The notes beneath the pieces are model-generated. The model searched no databases. It was not told the origin of the DNA and saw only the letters and a list, made by a program, of their open reading frames with translations. A stretch of 64,000 nucleotides of DNA from Mobula hypostoma (lineage: Eukaryota): contig NC_086108.1 of assembly GCF_963921235.1 (NCBI RefSeq), positions 35,218,001-35,282,000 of the forward strand, given 5' to 3'. The first letter of the stretch is position 1. Each line of letters begins with the position of its first letter. Below are positions 38,860 to 52,074 of the stretch, piece after piece. Made by a program: the position numbers and the translations under genes.

Positions 38860-39912
38860 TGATTTTGGATTCTAGATTTCTTGACAGAGAGACCACAGTC
38901 AGTCCGTATTGGCAGGAACATCTCTGACTCCATCACACTGAGCACTGGATCCCCACAAGGCTGTGTGCTTAGCCCATTGCTGTTTACACTGCTAACACAT
39001 GACAAGGAGAACCTGATCATTAAATTTGCAGATGATACCACAGTGGTGGGGCTCATCAGCAAAAATGATGAAACAATGTACAGGGAGGAGGTCAAACACC
39101 TAGAGAGCTGGTGCAGGGATAACAACTTGATGCTTAATGTCACCAAAATCAAGGAGATAATCGTCGATCTCAGCCTGAGCACACACCCCTCAGCATCAGT
39201 GGAGAGAGTGGAAAACATCAAGTTCCTTGGGGTGCAGATCTCGGACAATCTCACCTGTTCCAGGAACACCACTGGGATTGTGAAGTGGGCCCAGCAGAGA
39301 TTGCACTTTCTGAGGAAGCTTAAACAAGCATCACTCCCCACTAACATCTTAACTACATTCTACAGAGGCGTGGTTGAGAGTGTGCTGACCTTTTGCATCA
39401 CAACATGGTACTCCAGCTGCAGTGCTGTCGACAAAAAAGCCTTGCAGAGGGTAGTTAGGGGAGCAGAGAAGGTTATTGGGGTCTCTCTACCTTCTGTCCA
39501 AGACTTCCTTCAGAGTCGATGCCTCCAGAAGACAAGGTACATCATTAAAGACCCCTCACACCCTCTCCATGAACTGTTTGTTCTTCTGCCATCAGGCAAA
39601 CGTTACAGGAGCATCAAAACTAAAACCACAAGGCTTCTAAACAGCTTCCTCCCACAGGCAGTCAGACTGCTAAATAGCTGCTCCACCTGACTCTGCTTTG
39701 GACACTTTTAACTTGCACTGGACACTTATAACTTGATTTTAACTGACATGTGGCTGTTGTGTTTTACTATTTATTGTTATGTTTATTAATTAGTGTTGCA
39801 TTTGTTGTGTTGTGATTGCACTGCTCCTGAGAAATACTGTCTCATTCTGCCCTGCAGAGCTGATGTATGGTTAGAATGACAATAAAGTATTTTGAATTTT
39901 GAATCTTGAATG
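38860..39912 (+). mobile_element. 5'-truncated Rex1/Babar LINE; open 269-aa RT C-terminal ORF at 38881-39690
   Basis: [77 protein letters not shown] tail. Confidence 0.9.
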
Positions 39913-39949
39913 TTGAAATATACCCAGTGATTTGGCCTCCATTCCTCTT

Positions 39950-40230
39950 GCGAGACCATGGGTCTGTGGCTGAAAAGTCTTCACTTGCCTGGGCAAGGTT
40001 GTATGGAAGACTAGCAGTTGCCCATGCTGCAAGTCTCCCCTCTCCATGACACCGATGTTGTCCAAGGGAAGGGCATTAGGACCCATACAGCTTGGCACCA
40101 GTGTCGTTGCAGAGCAATGTGTGGTTAAGTGCCTTGCTCAAGGACACAACACATTCCCTCGGCTGGTGCTTGAACTCACGACCTTCAGGTCGCTAGTCCA
40201 CTGCCTTAACCACTTGGCCACATGCCCACA
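39950..40230 (-). mobile_element. tRNA-derived CORE-type SINE
   Basis: Minus strand TGGCCAAGTGG (A box), GAGTTCAAGCA (B-box-like), GTGTCCTTGAGCAAGGCACTTAACC (CORE-like). Confidence 0.72.
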
Positions 40231-41002
40231 CATTCTATAGCAATGAATTCCACAGACTCACCACCCTCTGGCTAAAGACATTCCTCCTCATCTCTGTTCT
40301 AAAAGGTCATCTTTCTATTCTGAGGCTGTACACTCTGGTCCTAGAATCCCCCACTATAGGAGCGTCCTCTTTATATCCAATCTGTCTAGGCCTTTCAATA
40401 CTTGATAGATTTCAGTGAGGTCCCTCCACGTTCTTCTAAACTCCAGTGAGTACCGGCCTAGAGCCATCAAATGCTTCTTGTATGTTAACCCATTCATTCT
40501 TCTGAACCTCCTCTGGACACTCTCCAATGCTAGCACATACTTTCTCAGATAAAGGAAGCTAAAACTGCTCACAATACTCCAAGTGCGGTCTGATCAATGC
40601 CTTATAAAGTCTCATTCTTGCTTTTATATTCTAATCTTCTTGAAATAAATGCTAACATTGCATTTGCTTTCCTTACCACTGACTTACTTGCAAGTTAATC
40701 TTTAGGAAACCTTGGCCAAGGAGTCCCAAGTCCCTTTGCACTTCTGATTCTGAATTTTCTCCCTGTTTAGAAAATAGTCTATGCCTTTATTCTTTCTACC
40801 AAAGTGCATGATCATAAATCTTGCTTTAATATATTCCAGCTGCTACTTCTTTGCCCATTCTCCAATACGTACAGCACTTTCTGCAGACTCCCTATTTTCT
40901 GCACACTGCCTGCCACTCCACTTATATTTGGATTGACTGCAAACATGGCAACAAAGACATCAATTCTGTCATCCATATCACTAACATACAGTATAACAGG
41001 TA

Positions 41003-41235
41003 GAATCAGAATCAGAATCAGGTTTATTATCACCGGCACGTGACGTGAAATTTGTTAACTTAGCAGCAGCAGTTCAATGCAATACGTAATCTAGCAGAGA
41101 GAGAAAAACATTAATAATAATAAATAAAATAAAACATAATAAATAAACAAGTAAATCAATTATGTATATTGAATAGATTTTTTAGAAATGTGCAAAAACA
41201 GAAATACTGTATATTAAAAAAAAGTGAGGTAGTGG
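41003..41235 (-). mobile_element. Rex1-type 3'UTR
   Basis: (AGAATC)3 AGGTTTATTATCAC tail on the + strand. Confidence 0.7.
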
Positions 41236-42233
41236 ACCCAACAATAACCCCTGAGCACCACCACTAGTCACCGACAGCCAAATAGAGAATGATCATTTTA
41301 TTCCCACTCTCTACTTCCTGCTAGTTAGCCAATCTTCTACCCATGCTAATATATTTCCTGTAATATCACGGGTTCTTATGCCTCATGTTTGGCATCTTGT
41401 CAAAGGCCTTCTGAAAATCCAAGTAAACAACATTCACTGACATTTGTTTGTCTATCCTGCCAGTTATTTCCTCAAAGAATGGATTTGCCAGGCAAGTTTT
41501 CCCCTTAAGAAAACCATGCTGACTGACTTATTTTATCATGTGGTTCCAAGTACTCTGAAACCTCATCCTTTATAATGGACTCCAACATTTTGCCAACCAC
41601 GGAGCAATGGGGTGTAGTCCATCTGCTCCAGGAGACATATTTACCTTCAGGCCTTTCAGCTTCCTAAGCACTTTCTCCTTAAAAATAGTGACTACACTCA
41701 TTTCTGCCCCCCTGGCACTCTCCAATTTCTGGCTTACTGCTGGTGTCTTCCACATGAAGACTCATGCAAAATATTTATAAAACCCGTCCATCATTTCTTT
41801 GTCCCCAATTCCTAGTCCTACAGTGTCATTTTCTAGCAGTCCAATATCCACTATTGCATCGCTTTTACTCCTTATATGTCTGAAAATACTTTTGGCTTAC
41901 TCTTTTATATTGTTGGTCATCTTACCTTCATACTTCATCGGTTCTCTCCCTGTTGCTTTTTAAGTTTCCTTCTGATGGTTTTTAAAAGCTTTCCAATTCT
42001 CTAACTTCCCACTAATTTTTGCTAAATGATATGCCCTCCCTTTTGCTCTGATGCTGTATTTGACTTCCCTTGTTAGCCACGGTCCTTTATCCTCCCTTTA
42101 GAATATTCCTTCTTTGGGATGAGTCTATCCTACACCTTCTGAATTGCTCCCAGAAACTCCAGTCATTACTGCTCTGCCACCATCCTTGCTTGTGTCCCTT
42201 TCCAATCAACATCGGTCAGCTCCTTTCTCATGC

Positions 42234-44710
42234 ATTTCAACATGCAGGTAGACTGGAGGAATCAGGTTGGTACTGGACCCCAAGAAAGGGAGTTTGTGGA
42301 GTGCCTCCGAGATGGATCCTTAGAACAGCTTGTACTGGAGCCTAGCAGAGAGAAGGCAATTCTAGATTTAGTGTTTTGCAATGAACCGGATTTGATCAGG
42401 GACCTCGAGGTAAAGGAGCCATTAGGAGGTAGTGACCACAATATGATAAGTTTTAATCCACAAATTGAGAGGGAGAAGGGAAAATCGGAAGTGTCAGTAT
42501 TACAGTTGAACGAAGGGAACTATGGAGCTATGAGGGAGGAGCTGGCCAAAGTTCAATGGAACAATACCCTAGCAGGGATGACAGTGGAACAACACTGGCC
42601 GGTATTTCTGGGAATAATGCAGAAGGTGCAGGATCAGTTCATTCCAAAGAGGAAGAAAGATCCTAAGTAAAGGGAGGCCGTGGCTGACAAGGGAAGTAAA
42701 GAACAGTATAAAGATAAAAGAGAAGAAGTATAACATAGCAAAGATGAGTGGGAAGCCGGAAGATTGGAAAACTCTTAAAGAGCAACAGAAGATAACTAAA
42801 AAGGTAATACGTGGAGAAAAAATGAGGTATGAAGGTAAACTAGCCAATAATATAAAGGCGGATAGTAAAAGCTTCTTTAGGTATGTGAAAAGGAAAAAAA
42901 TAGTTAAGACCAAAATTGGGCCCTTGAAGACAGAAGCGGGTGAATTCATTATGGGGAACAAGGAAATGGCAGACGAGTTGAACAGGTACTTTCGATCTGC
43001 CTTCACTAGGGAAGGCACAAACAGTCTCCCGGATATAATAGTGCCCAAAGTACCTAGGGTAATGGATGAACTGAAGGAAATTTATATTAGGCAGGAAATG
43101 GTGTTGGATAGACCGTTGGGTCTGAAGGCTGATCAGTCCCCAAGACCTGATGGTCTGCATCCCGGGGTACTTAAGGAGGTGGCTTTAGAAACTGTGGACG
43201 CATTGGGAATCATTTTCCAATGTTCTATAGATTCAGGATCAGTTCCTGTGGATTGGAGGGTGGCTAATGTTGTCCCACTTTTCAAGAAAAGAGGGAGAGC
43301 GAAAACAAGGAATTATAGACCGGTTAGCCTGACGTCAGTGGTGGGAAAGATGCTGGAGTCAATTATAAAAGATGAAATTACAACACATTTGGATGGCAGT
43401 AACAGGATAGGTCTGAGTCAGCATGGATTTATGAAGGGGAAATCATGCTTGACTAATCTTCTGGAATTTTTTGAGGATGTAACTATGAAAATGGACAAGG
43501 GAAAGCCAGTAGATGTAGTGTACCTGGACTTTCAGAAAGCCTTTGATAAAGTCCCACATAGGAGATTAGTGGGCAAAATTAGGGCACATGGTATTGGGGG
43601 CAGAGTACTGACATGGATTGAAAATTGGCTGGCTGACAGGAAACAAAGAGTAGCGATTAAAGGGTCCCGTTCAGAATGGCAGGCGGTGACCAGTGGGGTA
43701 CCGCAGGGTTCAGTGCTGGGACCGCAGCTGTTTACAATATACATTAATGATTTAGATGAAGGGATTAAAAGTAACATTAGCAAATTTGCAAATGACACAA
43801 AGCTGGGTGGCAGTGTGAAATGTGAGGAGGATGTTATGAGAATGCAGGGTGACTTGGACAGGCTGGGTGAGTGGGCGGATGCTTGGCATATGCAGTCTAA
43901 GTGGATAAGTGTGAGGTTATCCACTTTGGTGGTAAGAACAGGAAGGCAGATTATTATCTAAGTGGAGTCAAGTTAGGAAAAGGGGAAGTACGACGAGATC
44001 TAGGTGTTCTTGTACATCAGTCACTGAAAGCAAGCATGCAGGTACAGCAGGCAGTGAAGAAAGGTAATAGCATGCTGGCCTTCATAACAAGGGGAATTGA
44101 GTATAAGAGCAAAGAGTTCCTTCTGCAGCTGTACAGGGCCCTGGTGAGACCCTGGAGTATTGTGTACAGTTTTGGTCTCCAAATTTGAGGAAGGACATTG
44201 TTGCTATTGAGGGAGTGCAGCGTAGGTTCACAAGGTTAATTCCCGGGGTGGTGGAACTGTCATATGTCGAAAGATTGGAGCGACTGGGCTTGTATACACT
44301 GGAACTTAGAAGGATTAGAAGGCATCTGATTGAAATATATAAGATTATTAAAGGATTGGACAAGCTGGAGGCAGGAAGCATGTTCCCGCTGATGGGTGAG
44401 TCCAGAACCAGAGGCCACAGTATAAAAATAAGCGGTAGGCCATTTAGAATGGAGTTAAGGAAAAACTTTTTCACCCAGAGATTGGTGGATATGTGGAATG
44501 CTCTGCCCCAGAATGCATTGGAGGCTAAGTCTCTGGATGTTTTCAAGAAAGAGATGGATAGAGCTCTTAAAAATAGCGGAATCAAAGGTTATGGGGAGAA
44601 GGCAGGAACTGGATGCTGATTGTGGATGATCGGCCATGATCACAGTGAATGGCGGTGCTGGCTCGAAGGGCTAAATGGCCTACTCCTGCATCTATTGTCT
44701 ATTGTCTATT
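42234..44710 (+). mobile_element. 5'-truncated CR1 (end of endonuclease, RT, 3'UTR), disrupted
   Basis: ORFs 42230-42670 (ILDLV, LGGSDHN), 42744-43961 (RT), 43901-44188, 44185-44619; (CTATTGT)n tail. Confidence 0.93.
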
Positions 44711-44864
44711 GCCCCTGTAATTCACCTTTACTCCACTGTAATACTGATACTTCTGATTTTAGCTACTCCCTCTCAAACTACAAGGCAAATTCTATCATAT
44801 TGTGATCACTTCCTTGCAGGGGTTCCTTCACCGTCAGCTCCTGAATTGAATCTGGTTCATTACA

Positions 44865-46270
44865 CAACACCTGCTACCATGGCCGAGTTTGGAATAGGAT
44901 ATGTGCTTTAGGAGTCTGGTGCCAGGCACGTGGATAATGTGGGCAATCCAGCAAAGCTGACTGAGTGTAATTCCGAACATGAGGAAATCTGTAGATGCTG
45001 GGAATCCAAAGCAACAAACACAAAATGCTGGAGGGACAGCCTGCTCATTACACTCAAAGCAACACACACAAAATGCTGGAGAAACTCAGCAGCTCAGGCA
45101 GCATCCATGAAAAGAGCAAACATTTGACTGGCCCAGAATGCTGACTGTTTACTCTTTTCCACAGATGCTGCCTGACCTGCTGAGTTTTTCCTGCAGTTTG
45201 TGTGAGTTGCTTTGAGGGTAATTAGGGCCTCGGTGCTGGGGGTGATGGCCTTGGAGAGCACGATGACATTAGTTCCAGACCCAGAATCAATTTCAGGTTT
45301 ATTATCACTGACATGTGTCATGAAGGTTGTTGTTTTGTGGCAGCAGTACAGTGCAAGACACAAGAAATGACTAGAGGTACAATAAAAGGTGTAAAAAATG
45401 TGCGGAGGAGGAGTAGAGAGGTAATGTTCACGAGTTTACTGACAGTTCAGAAATCTGATGACGGGGGAAGGAACTGTTTCTAAAACATGAAGTGTGGGTA
45501 TTCAGGATCTTGAACCTCCTACCTGATGTTAGTAATGATAAGAGGACATGTCCTGGATGGTGAGGTCCCTTAATGATGACTGTCACATTCTTAAAGCACT
45601 GCCTTTGAAGATGTCCTCAGTGGTGGGGAGGATTATATCTGTGATCGAGCAGTCTGAGTCCACCACCTGAAGTCTCTTTTGACCCTGGGTTTTGGAGTCT
45701 CCATACCAGGTGGTGTTGCAACCAGTCAGAATGCTCTCTATGCCACGGCTGTAGAAATTTGCAAGAGTCTTTGATGACAAACCAATCTCCTCAAACTCCT
45801 AATAAAGTATAGTCACTGGCATGTTCTTCATCATTACATCAATGTGTTGGGCCCTGGATTGAACGTCTAAGATGTTCGCACCCTGACACTTGAAACTGCT
45901 AACACTTTCCACCACTGAACACTCAATGAAGACTGGTGTGTCTTCTCCCGACTTCCCCTTCCTGAAATTCACAATTAATTACCAATAGATTTAAAGAATC
46001 CTGTCGGTAGTATCTCTGTGGTGCATTGATGTTCCTGCTGTAGTTTTCCCATGTCTTGGAGGTGTACAATAGGGCAGTGATCACTTTTGTCCAATGGTCT
46101 CTGACTTTTGAGATGGGTTTGAGTCTTTCCCTTAAATGAACAAAAATTATTTTGGTATATTGAAGGTGAAAGTAACCACCATTCATGTCTTCCTTTGTTG
46201 AGAAGTGGCAAAGACAGAGCCAGGCTTGAAGAGTTCTTGTATTACTCCTTCCATTTGGTACTAATGTCTT
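44865..46270 (-). mobile_element. RTE fragment split by a Rex1 3' piece (~45280-45975) and a PLE fold-back (copy 3 of 3)
   Basis: RTE remnants (HIIHVPGTRLLK; KVITALLYTSKTWENYSR) flank Rex1 remnants (LANFYSRGIESILTGCNTTWYG). Confidence 0.7.
44975..45212. mobile_element. PLE tail fold-back with TSD and an inverted internal copy of the target
   Basis: TGAGTGTAATT (44962-44972) / TGAGGGTAATT (45213-45223); ATTACACTCA at 45047-45056. Confidence 0.72.
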
Positions 46271-46514
46271 TCAGATCTCGATAAATTCATCTCCTTGTCT
46301 CATCACTGTGGGATGAGTTCCCTGAAGTTGGACTTGCCAAACTACATATGTCTTGTTTTTTTATGTGAATTACTGATCTCCTATCCTTTTCCTGCTTACA
46401 ATCTGTTCTTTAGATCAGAGTTTTTCTTCAGACTTCCACCATCTGTAACACCACGATGCCCTAAAAGGAGTATAATGTGTCTTGAAGGCCTATACACAGT
46501 ATTCATCACCACAG

Positions 46515-46735
46515 CTGGACTGAGATGACCAATAAAGGCATTTTTAAAATGAATAAGTTGAAAAGAATAGTACATTGATAACTTATCTGCTGTAAGTGTT
46601 GCTCTTGCCTTGAATCCTCAGTGATCCACACATAAAAGGCAGAAAGCGTTCAAACTTCTGTGCCTGGGAATACTGATACCAAGCCAATATACAAAGTAGA
46701 TCATGTTTATCTTCCCAAGCTAAAATAGGATTCCC
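46515..46735 (+). repeat. Diverged direct repeat of ~51660-51890, family unknown
   Basis: Ordered shared blocks: TTGCTCTTGC, CATAAAAGGCA.AAAGC, CTGGGAATACTGAT, TATACAAA, TTTATCTTCC.AAG.TAAAA. Confidence 0.7.
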
Positions 46736-47384
46736 ACACCTCCCATCCCCCTCCCTGTAGCATTCTGTTTTCTGTTTGATTTCATTCCTGGACGCCTCTT
46801 AAGCTATTTTTTTTTCATTTGAAACTTGAAGTTTCCAGGACAAATTTCCCTTATGTCTGTGTTAATTATCTCCTGGTGTTTGTAACAGCACATGGCGAGT
46901 TGGTTAGAGCTGCTGATTCGCATCTTCAGCAACCCAGGTTCAAACCTGACTCGGTGTTATCTGTAGGTAGTTTCTGTACTCTGTCACCAAGTGAGCTTTC
47001 TGAGGTACTCAAGCTTCAGTAACTTGTATAAGTTACTGCAATATAGAAACAGGCCCTTCAGCCCACTGTCTTGACGCTAGCCATCAACCACCCATGTTTA
47101 CTAATACTGCACTCATCCCATTTTTAAATTTGCATCACATGAACTCCCAATCAGATTCTACCATTCACCAACTTACAAAGGGCAATTTACAGTGGTCAGC
47201 TAACCAACCACCCTGCACACCTTTGGGATGTAGGAGGAATCTCGAGCATGGAAACTCCATACAGTCAGAGTTGAACCTGGTTTCTGTCTCTGTACTGTCC
47301 ATCTTCCTCCCTCCTCCAAAAAAAACCAGGAGAGTTGATGGGAATGCAGCAGGGGAAAGGGGGGAATAAAGTGGGATAAATAGA

Positions 47385-48060
47385 TTAGGTTATGAAGACA
47401 CACTGTCCTCTTTCATTGTCATTTAGTAATGCATGCATTAAGAAATGATACAATGTTCCTCCAGAATGATATCACAGACACACAAGACAAACCAAGACTA
47501 AAAAAACTGACAAAAACCACATAATTATAACAAATAGTTACAACAGTGCAAAGCAATACCGTAATTTGATAAAGAACAGGTCATGGGCACGGTAAAAAAA
47601 GTTTCAAAGTCTCTCGAAAGTCCCATCATCTCACACAGACGGAAGAAGGAAGAGAAACTCACTTCCTGTCATGAACCTCCAGCGCCGCAAACTTGCCGAT
47701 GCAGCACCCTGGAAGCACCCGACCACAGTCGACTCTCGAGTCTGTCCGAAAACCTCAAGCCTCTGACCAGCCCTCCGACACCAAGCACCGAGCACCATCT
47801 CTGCCAAGCGCTTCGATCCCGGCCCCGGCAGCAGGCAATAGACAAAACCAAGGATTTGGGGCCTTCCCCTCCGGAGATTCTCGATCGCACAGTAGCAATG
47901 GCAGTGAAGCAGGCTTTTCAGAAGTTTCTCCAGATGTTCCTCTGTGCTTCTCACATCTGTCTCCATCAAATCAGGATTGTGCATGGTTCCTACTTAACAA
48001 ATATGATATCATTTTGGAGTGGCCACGTGCGCTGCGTTGCGCCGCCATCTTCTCCTCCCC
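47385..48060 (-). mobile_element. Non-coding LINE-dependent element with CpG-rich AAGATGGCGGCG 5' end
   Basis: Minus strand begins GGGGAGGAGAAGATGGCGGCGCAACGCAGC; LINE-like AT-rich 3' end with a TAATC-type tail. Confidence 0.55.
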
Positions 48061-48239
48061 AGTATAAATGGGTGTTTGGTGGTTGAAATGAACCCAGTGG
48101 GCCAAAGGCCCCATTTCCATGCTGCATGTCTCTATAAATTGTCTCTTCCCAACTGCTGGTTATAGTGGACTTCAGAGTAGTCGAATTACTGTGGACATTG
48201 TGGCTTTCATCAGTCAAAAGTTGTCAGGTTTTCTGTGAG

Positions 48240-51200
48240 GTCGCCCTAGAAGATCAAGTGACCAGCCTCAATGACTATCCCTGGTGGCACATCTACTGTA
48301 ATGAAGTCACTTGAGAGGTTAGTCATGGCTAGACTTAGCCCCTGCCTGAGCAAGGACCTGAATCCACCGCAACAGGTCTACAGCAGAAAGAGTCTCACTG
48401 GCTCTCCACTTGTCAGACATATGTCAGGCTACTATTTATCACTTACAGCTCGGTACTCAATCATCATTACATTAAGCTTCAAAACTGGGCCTCTGCACCT
48501 TCCTCTGCAACTGGAACCTTGACTTGCTTATCAGGCAACCACAGATCAGTGATGACATCTGACATTGAACACTGGCACACTACGAGGATGTGTTTTTAGC
48601 CCACTGCTCTACTCTCTCTGCACTTGTAACTATATAGCTAGGCTGAGCTAAAACACCGTCTACATATTCCTTCATGACAACACTGTCATTGGCAGAATAT
48701 GAGATGTCAATGAGGAGGATTTTGGGAGTAAAAAGATTGGCTGGTTGAGTGGTGTTGCTACAACAAACTTGGACTCAACATCAGCGAGACCAAGGACGCC
48801 ACCCATCTTCAATGCTTCAAGCGTCTTCAATGCTTCACCCATCCAGGCTGTTCTCTCCACATGCTTCAAATCAGCCCCCATCATCCCTTTACCAAACAAC
48901 TCTTCACCTTTAGATCTAAACAGCTACTGCCCAATGTCACCAATGAAATGTTTATAACAGCTAGTAATGACGCAGATCAAAAACCCCATTCCTGTCACAG
49001 TGAACACTCACCAATATGCTGAGCGACCGAATCACTCTACAACAGATGCCGTAGCATCTGTCACACACGTGGCTGTGACGCACCTAGAAAAGGTGGTACG
49101 GCACAGTCACGTAGTGGTTAGCACAACGCTTTACAGTACCAGTGTCCCAGGTTCAATTCCTGCCACTGCCTGTAAGGAGTTTGTACGTTCTCCCGTGACC
49201 ATGTGGGTTTCCTCCGGGCGCTTTGGTTTCCTCCCACAATCCAAAGATGTACCGGTTGCTAAGTTAATTGGTCATTATAAATTGTTCTGTGATTAGGCTA
49301 GGATTAAATTGGGGGATTGCTGGGTGGTGCAGCTCAAAGGGCTGGAAGGGCCTATTCTGCTCTGTACCTCAATAAATAAAGTAAATAAACAAATAAAATG
49401 AGGTCACGTCAGAATGCTGTCTCTGGATTTCAGTTTGGCGTTCAACACTCAGTCTCACAGACCTTGGTGAACAAACTCTTACTCCTCAGTCTAAATACAC
49501 CAGCGTGCAATGAGAGTTGGACTTTCTAATGAACAGACCTCAGAGAGTCAGGATGCACAATTGCTCCTCCCTCCCCCTCGTACTCACCATGGGTGCCACT
49601 CCCCATGGTGGGCTGAGCCCATCGCTGTACACTAAGCTGCTACACATGACTGCTCGGCCAAACACCCGAGTAATTACAAAGAGGAGGATGAAGTGCTCAG
49701 AGCCTGGTGCCAGGCAAATAACCTCTTCCTCAGTGTCAACAAGACAAAGGAGGTGGTTATCGACTTCAGGAGAACTTACACCATTCACAGCAATGGCACA
49801 GCAACAGAAACTACAAGCAGTTTCAAACTCCTGGGAGAGCACATCTTGCATAAACTCTCATGGTCCTAGAACACAATTTACATAATCAAGAAAGCTCACC
49901 AAGACGCCTACTTTCTGAGGAAGCTGAAGCGAGCTGGATGATGCACATCAATACTTATGACCTTCTACAGATGCGCAGTAAAGAGCATCCTAACAAGCTG
50001 CATCAATGTGTGGGATGGAAACTACACTGCAGCAGACAGGAAATCTATACAACAGATGGCCAAAACTGCCCAATGCATCATTGGTATGAGCCTACCCACC
50101 ATCAAGGACATATATACAGAAAGGTGCCAGGAAAATGCCAGCAATATCATGAAGGATCCCACCCACCCTTGCTCATGTCTGGTTGTCCCACTCCCATCAG
50201 GGAGGAGGCCACATAGCATCCATGCCAGGATCACCAGACTCATAAACAGTTACTTTCCCCAAGTGGTAAGGCTGATTAACATCTCCACCGAATAGCCCAC
50301 ACCACCATGCCCCCTCCACCACAAGTTAATTATTATTTCCTGTCAGAGTCACCTAATGTACAAACGCTCCTGTACCTAGTGTCACTTTATGTACATACAA
50401 TCAATGTATATAAACTATCCTATGTATTTATAGTTAGTGTGTTTTTTAGTATTACATTTTCATCTTATTGTATGTTTTGTGTTGCATCAGATCCAGAGTA
50501 GTGATTATTTTGTTCTCCAGGTGTACTTGTGTACTGGAAATTACATCATCAATCTTCAAATTGATTGTGGATTTATGGAAGGGGAAGTTGGAAGAACACA
50601 TGCCAGGCCTCACTGAAGAGTCAGAGGTGGAAAGGGGGAGCAGCTTCAAGTTCCTGGGCATCAGCATCTTGGGAGATCTATCCTGGGCCCAACACATTAA
50701 TGCGATCAAGAAGATGGCATGCTAGCAACTCTACTTCATATGGAGTTTGTGAAGATTTGGCATTTCATCAAATGCTCTTGTATATTTCAATGGATGCACA
50801 GAGGAGAACACTACGGCTGGCCGCATCACCATCTACCCTGGAGGCTGCAATGCGAAGGATCTCAAGAGGATGTAAACTCAGCCAATTCTGTCAGGACATA
50901 ACCCTCCCACTATTACGGAGATCTTTAAGCAGTGATGCCTCAAGAGTGTGGCATCCATCATTAAGGACACTTACCATTTGGGACAAACCCTCTTCATGTT
51001 GCTACCATTGGGGAGCAGGTACAGGAACTCAAAGACCAATACTCAACATTTTAACAGTAGGTTCTTCCACTCCACCGTCAGATTTCTGAATGGCCCATGA
51101 ACCAATGAACGCTACTGCCTTATTTTCCTTTTGCACTATTTATTTAGTCCGTAAGTTTTAGCAATTTTAGTTTTGCTGCAACATCACTCATCCAGCTGAT

Positions 51201-51560
51201 CTGTTTTGCTCCTGTAAGCCTCCTCCTCATCATCTGATATTCTATCAAAAACAGTGGCGTCATCAGTGAATTTATAGATACCATTTGAATTGTGCTTAGC
51301 CACACAGCCATGCATGTAGAGAGGGCAGAGAAGAGAGCTAAATGTTTATTCTTGAGATCAATCTGTGTTGAAACTCAGCGAGAAGGAGATGTTATTACCT
51401 ATCTTCACTGACTGTAGTTTTTCCAAATAGGAAGTCAAGGGTCCAGCTGCAGAGGGAGATACAGAAGCCTACGTTTTGAAGTCTGTTTATTAGTAGTGGT
51501 TTTGAGCACCGAGCCCTAATCAATAAACAGTAGCCTGACAATGTCTTGCAGTTGTTAGGT
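48240..51560 (+). mobile_element. Nested degenerate Rex1/Babar LINEs (outer 48240-48795 plus 50540-51180; inner ~48800-50540; minus fragment 51180-51560)
   Basis: MKSLERLV, CFKSAPIIPLP, DFLMNRPQRVR, FYRCAVKSILTSCI..DPTHP..LPSGRR remnants. Confidence 0.8.
49092..49398 (+). mobile_element. Near-complete tRNA-derived V-SINE (HE1-like)
   Basis: A-box region GTAGTGGTTAG, B box GGTTCAATTCC, V-domain GGGTTTCCTCCGGGCGCTTTGGTTTCCTCCCACAATCCAAAGATGT, CR1-like 3' end, AATA tail. Confidence 0.85.
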
Positions 51561-52074
51561 CTAGTTGTACCCACCGCCTTGTTCTTTACACTGGTGATTT
51601 CTTGCCGTTGTATCTCACACGTGATAGCATTGTTAGTGTCAGTAAGTATCTTCGCACTTCACTGAAGTGACCAGCATAATAAACAGTTTGAACAGAATGT
51701 CTAATGCTGAAGTTGAGAAATATAACCCACGGATGCCTTATCATCTGTGGCAAGTATTGCTCTTGCAGTTAATCTTTTCTATTGCACGCATAAAAGGCAT
51801 AAAGCATTTAGCCCTCTGTGACTGGGAATACTGATCACCAGTCCTATATACAAAACAGAACTTATTTATCTTCCAAAGATAAAACAATCATCATTGCTCC
51901 TCTCTTTACTAAACAAGTCTTTCTTTGGTCTGCCTCTAACGACCCATGAAAATCAATCCCAATTTGAGAATGACATCAGCCTTTTTGGATTGTATGCAAA
52001 AGCACTCTATTCTGGCTACCTTTGCTGCATCTTTTATAGGATTCATTCAGATTAAAGATTCATTTTATGGGGTC

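Larger units (their letters stand above)
38690..44830 (-). mobile_element. Old CR1 hosting four nested insertions (own pieces 38690-38860, 39912-39950, 40230-41000, 41235-42233, 44710-44830)
   Basis: Collinear minus-strand CR1 remnants (ORFs 40354-40572, 40812-41039, 41570-41755) resume across each insert. Confidence 0.75.

Noticed and set aside
38881..39690. 269-aa ORF as a cellular ALKBH8-like or RT-derived gene
   Set aside because: It is the RT C-terminus of a 5'-truncated Rex1 with its own tail, nested inside a CR1.
42569..44585. Long antisense ORFs opposite CR1 RT (also 60662-61838)
   Set aside because: Shadow frames of LINE ORF2 with no independent protein features.
47583..48086. 167-aa GC-rich ORF
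   Set aside because: Lies antisense within a repeat-like element; no recognisable domain; overlapping ORFs in several frames reflect GC content.
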